This document shows, in pieces, positions 61,591-64,000 of a DNA stretch of 64,000 nucleotides; the stretch's first letter is position 1, and each line of letters opens with the position of its first letter. Origin of the DNA: an uncultured delta proteobacterium (lineage in GTDB: Bacteria > Desulfobacterota > Syntrophia > Syntrophales > UBA2185); assembly GCA_963695875.1 (NCBI GenBank), contig CAVOID010000015.1:14291-78290 (forward strand), in the 5' to 3' direction. Position numbers and translations under genes: made by a program. Under the pieces are notes generated by a model that saw only the letters and a program-made list of their open reading frames with translations, was not told the origin of the DNA and ran no database searches.

Positions 61591-63798
61591 TTACATTTCA
61601 CTCAATTCGAATAAACCTTCCGGATCCAGTATCAATCCTATGTTCCCATCTCCCAGGATCGCACCGCCGGAAACCCCTTTTACATGTCTTAAGCTTTCAC
61701 TGAGACCTTTAATGACAACCTCTTCTTGACCAATGATCTCATCTACCAGCAGGCATTTCGATCCGTTTTCACCATCAACAACCACGACTGTCGCTTCCCA
61801 GGGATTCCGGCAATCAGGTTCTATTTCGAATAGATCATGCAGCCGTACCAAAGGCAGAAGGTTACCCATAACATTTATAACCTCACCTCGACCGATGACA
61901 GTGTTGTAATATTCCTTATTGGGACGGAGCAATTTCCTGATCGCGACGGTAGGAACAATATATTTTTCGTGACCTACCCTCACAATCATTCCGTCTATAA
62001 TGGCCATCGTCAGAGGGAAGCTTGTCACGAACGTTGTTCCTGACCCGTAATGACTGTTGATCTCTATCTTCCCTCTCAATTTGTCTACCGCTTGCTTTAC
62101 CACATCCATTCCGACTCCCCGGCCGGAAACATCCGTTATCTTTTCGGCCGTCGACAATCCCGGCAGCAAGATAAAACGATATATATCCTGATCTGAAAGG
62201 CCGGTTGCAGAATCAATAATCCCGTTTGTAAGGGCCTTGTTGAGTATCTTTTCTTTATTTAAGCCCTTCCCATCATCGGATATCTCAATCAAGATGTTAC
62301 CGCCTTTATGGTAAGCCTTCAGCTGGATTGTGCCTGTCTCTTTCTTACCCGCTTTTATTCGCTCCTCCGGAGATTCAATGCCATGATCCACTGCATTTCT
62401 GATCAGGTGGACAAGAGGGTTATAAATCTCCTCCACCATATTCCTGTCTATTTCCGTATCCTCACCAACTGTGACTACATTAACCGCTTTTCCGGCGGAT
62501 TTTGACAGATCTCTGACCAAACGAGACATCCTCTGAAACGTCTGCTTTATGGGAATCATCCTCAAACTCGTGGATGTCCTCTGCAACTCCGATGTGATAC
62601 TGGCACAGCTGGGAGATATCTCTAAAAAATTTTCTGTCCGTATTCGACTGAACGATAGGGCTCTGCCTGATCATCGACTGGGTAATGACCAACTCCCCCA
62701 CCATGTCTATCAGATCATCCAGCTTCCTTGTATCCACTCTGATGGAAGTCGTATCGACTACCTGACTTGTCTGTTTTCTCAGTGCCTGAGATACCTGTTT
62801 GGGAGTTGCTTTACCTTCGGCAATCAGTACTTCACCGATCTTTTTGTCGGGTGATGTCTTTGCAGCTTCGAGAGCTTCCTCCAGGGTATCTTCGGAAATG
62901 AGACCGTCTTCTACGAGAATTGCCCCTATCTTCTTCGGCTCTGACCTGTTCATACTTACCCTCTTGCACACTTTTTATCCGTTTCTCCAATGACGGTATA
63001 TCGATTTCAAGTGATGCATCTGCCTTGCCTTCCAGACGATCTTTCACCTGCCCGATCATTGCCTTCAAGGCATCAGCCCCGTCAAGAATAACATCAATAA
63101 CCTGAGGCGTCACGGACAGTTCATTATTTCTCACCTTGTCAAGAAGATTCTCCAGATTATGGGCAAGATCACGAATCTTTTCCAGGTTGAGGAAGCTTGC
63201 CACACCTTTGATGGAGTGAAATGGTCTGAAGATGGTATTTACATAATCCTTGTTCTCGGGATCCTGCTCCAGATTCAAGATATTCACTTCAATCTCGTTG
63301 ATATATTCAAGCCCTTCAATAATAAAATCCCTCAATAAAGATTCGTCCTGAGCTTCAACTTCTTTTCCTGTTGCGGCGCTTACTTCTTTGTCCGGCTCCT
63401 GCACATATTTCGACCGCAATTATTTTGGCTTCAACAGCAGGTGAGGTGCCCGTCAGGCGGCAAACAGATTCCATGAAACCACTTATGTCTCCCTGATAGC
63501 CACCAGTTTTGGTAAAACTCTGATCAATCTCCTGCATCATAGTTATACCCTTTTCGAAGGTGGCAAAGGCACTCTCGATATCTTTGATTTCATCGAGGAT
63601 CTTCTTTTCTAAGAGACAGCTCAACCCTTTAGCTACGCAACACATAGGATCTATCTTCAGAGTCTCGGCACCTTTGATAATAGCGTCAAGCTGATTGAGC
63701 AAGTTTCCGGCTGTCGGGATATCGATATCCCGATCTTCTAAAAACAAAAATTTCGAAGCAATTACATCGATTAATTTCAGCAATTCATTATGTGACAT
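61591..63798 (-). CDS. cheA: Chemotaxis histidine kinase CheA; at least three 1-nt indels (about 62600, about 62960, about 63410)
   Basis: Four ORF pieces in CheA order: an N-terminal helical domain; Hpt (FRPFHSIKGVASFL); the dimerisation region (LDDLIDMVGELVITQS ... LRMIPIKQTFQRMSRLVRDL); HATPase (HLIRNAVDHGIE, GRGVGMDVV); and the CheW-like tail. Confidence 0.85.
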
Positions 63799-63801
63799 TG
63801 T

Positions 63802-64000
<199 letters not shown>

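Overview
This 64-kb window looks like part of an anaerobic, fatty-acid-degrading genome of Desulfobacterota or syntroph type. That taxonomic guess is inferred from gene content only. No rRNA, CRISPR array, transposase or integrase is visible.

Gene layout, left to right:
- 1-5.1 kb: housekeeping genes radA, serC, serA and purA, then tRNA-Lys(UUU).
- 5.4-6.8 kb: a PAS/LuxR regulator.
- 7.1-27.3 kb: a roughly 20-kb accessory segment bracketed by a ~410-bp inverted repeat.
- 27.8-38 kb: a hybrid histidine kinase, a membrane permease, pal, a MarR regulator, pfkA, a Memo-like protein, DUF4124 and a hydrolase.
- 38-52 kb, minus strand: an acyl-CoA block with YcaO, MeaB, a B12 acyl-CoA mutase carrying isobutyryl-CoA-mutase signature residues, two acyl-CoA dehydrogenases, crotonase, hbd, thiolase, a two-subunit CoA-transferase and a membrane protein.
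- 52.7-56 kb: a 1088-aa multi-PAS LuxR regulator.
- 57-64 kb: an MBL hydrolase, a receiver protein, then motB, motA, a PilZ protein, cheX, cheY, cheA and cheB.

The accessory segment holds a secreted 7-blade RCC1 protein and an IPT/TIG protein. It also holds a tight operon of TpsA exoprotein, TpsB transporter, exported TPR-CHAT protease, CHASE2 nucleotide cyclase and DUF928, followed by a cNMP-binding/rhodanese membrane protein and MauE. Last comes a cluster of small exported proteins.

Main points:
1. The TPS/CHAT/CHASE2-cyclase/DUF928 envelope module has no characterised function that I know of.
2. Three ORFs interrupted by in-frame TGA are best read as selenoproteins: two rhodaneses and one HMA-like protein. 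Each has a similar hairpin just downstream of the UGA.
3. The inverted repeat is built from gene fragments.
4. About 20 single-base frameshifts split otherwise conserved genes, including essential ones. This points to assembly or sequencing error rather than pseudogenes.

All coordinates for merged genes were reconstructed by eye.
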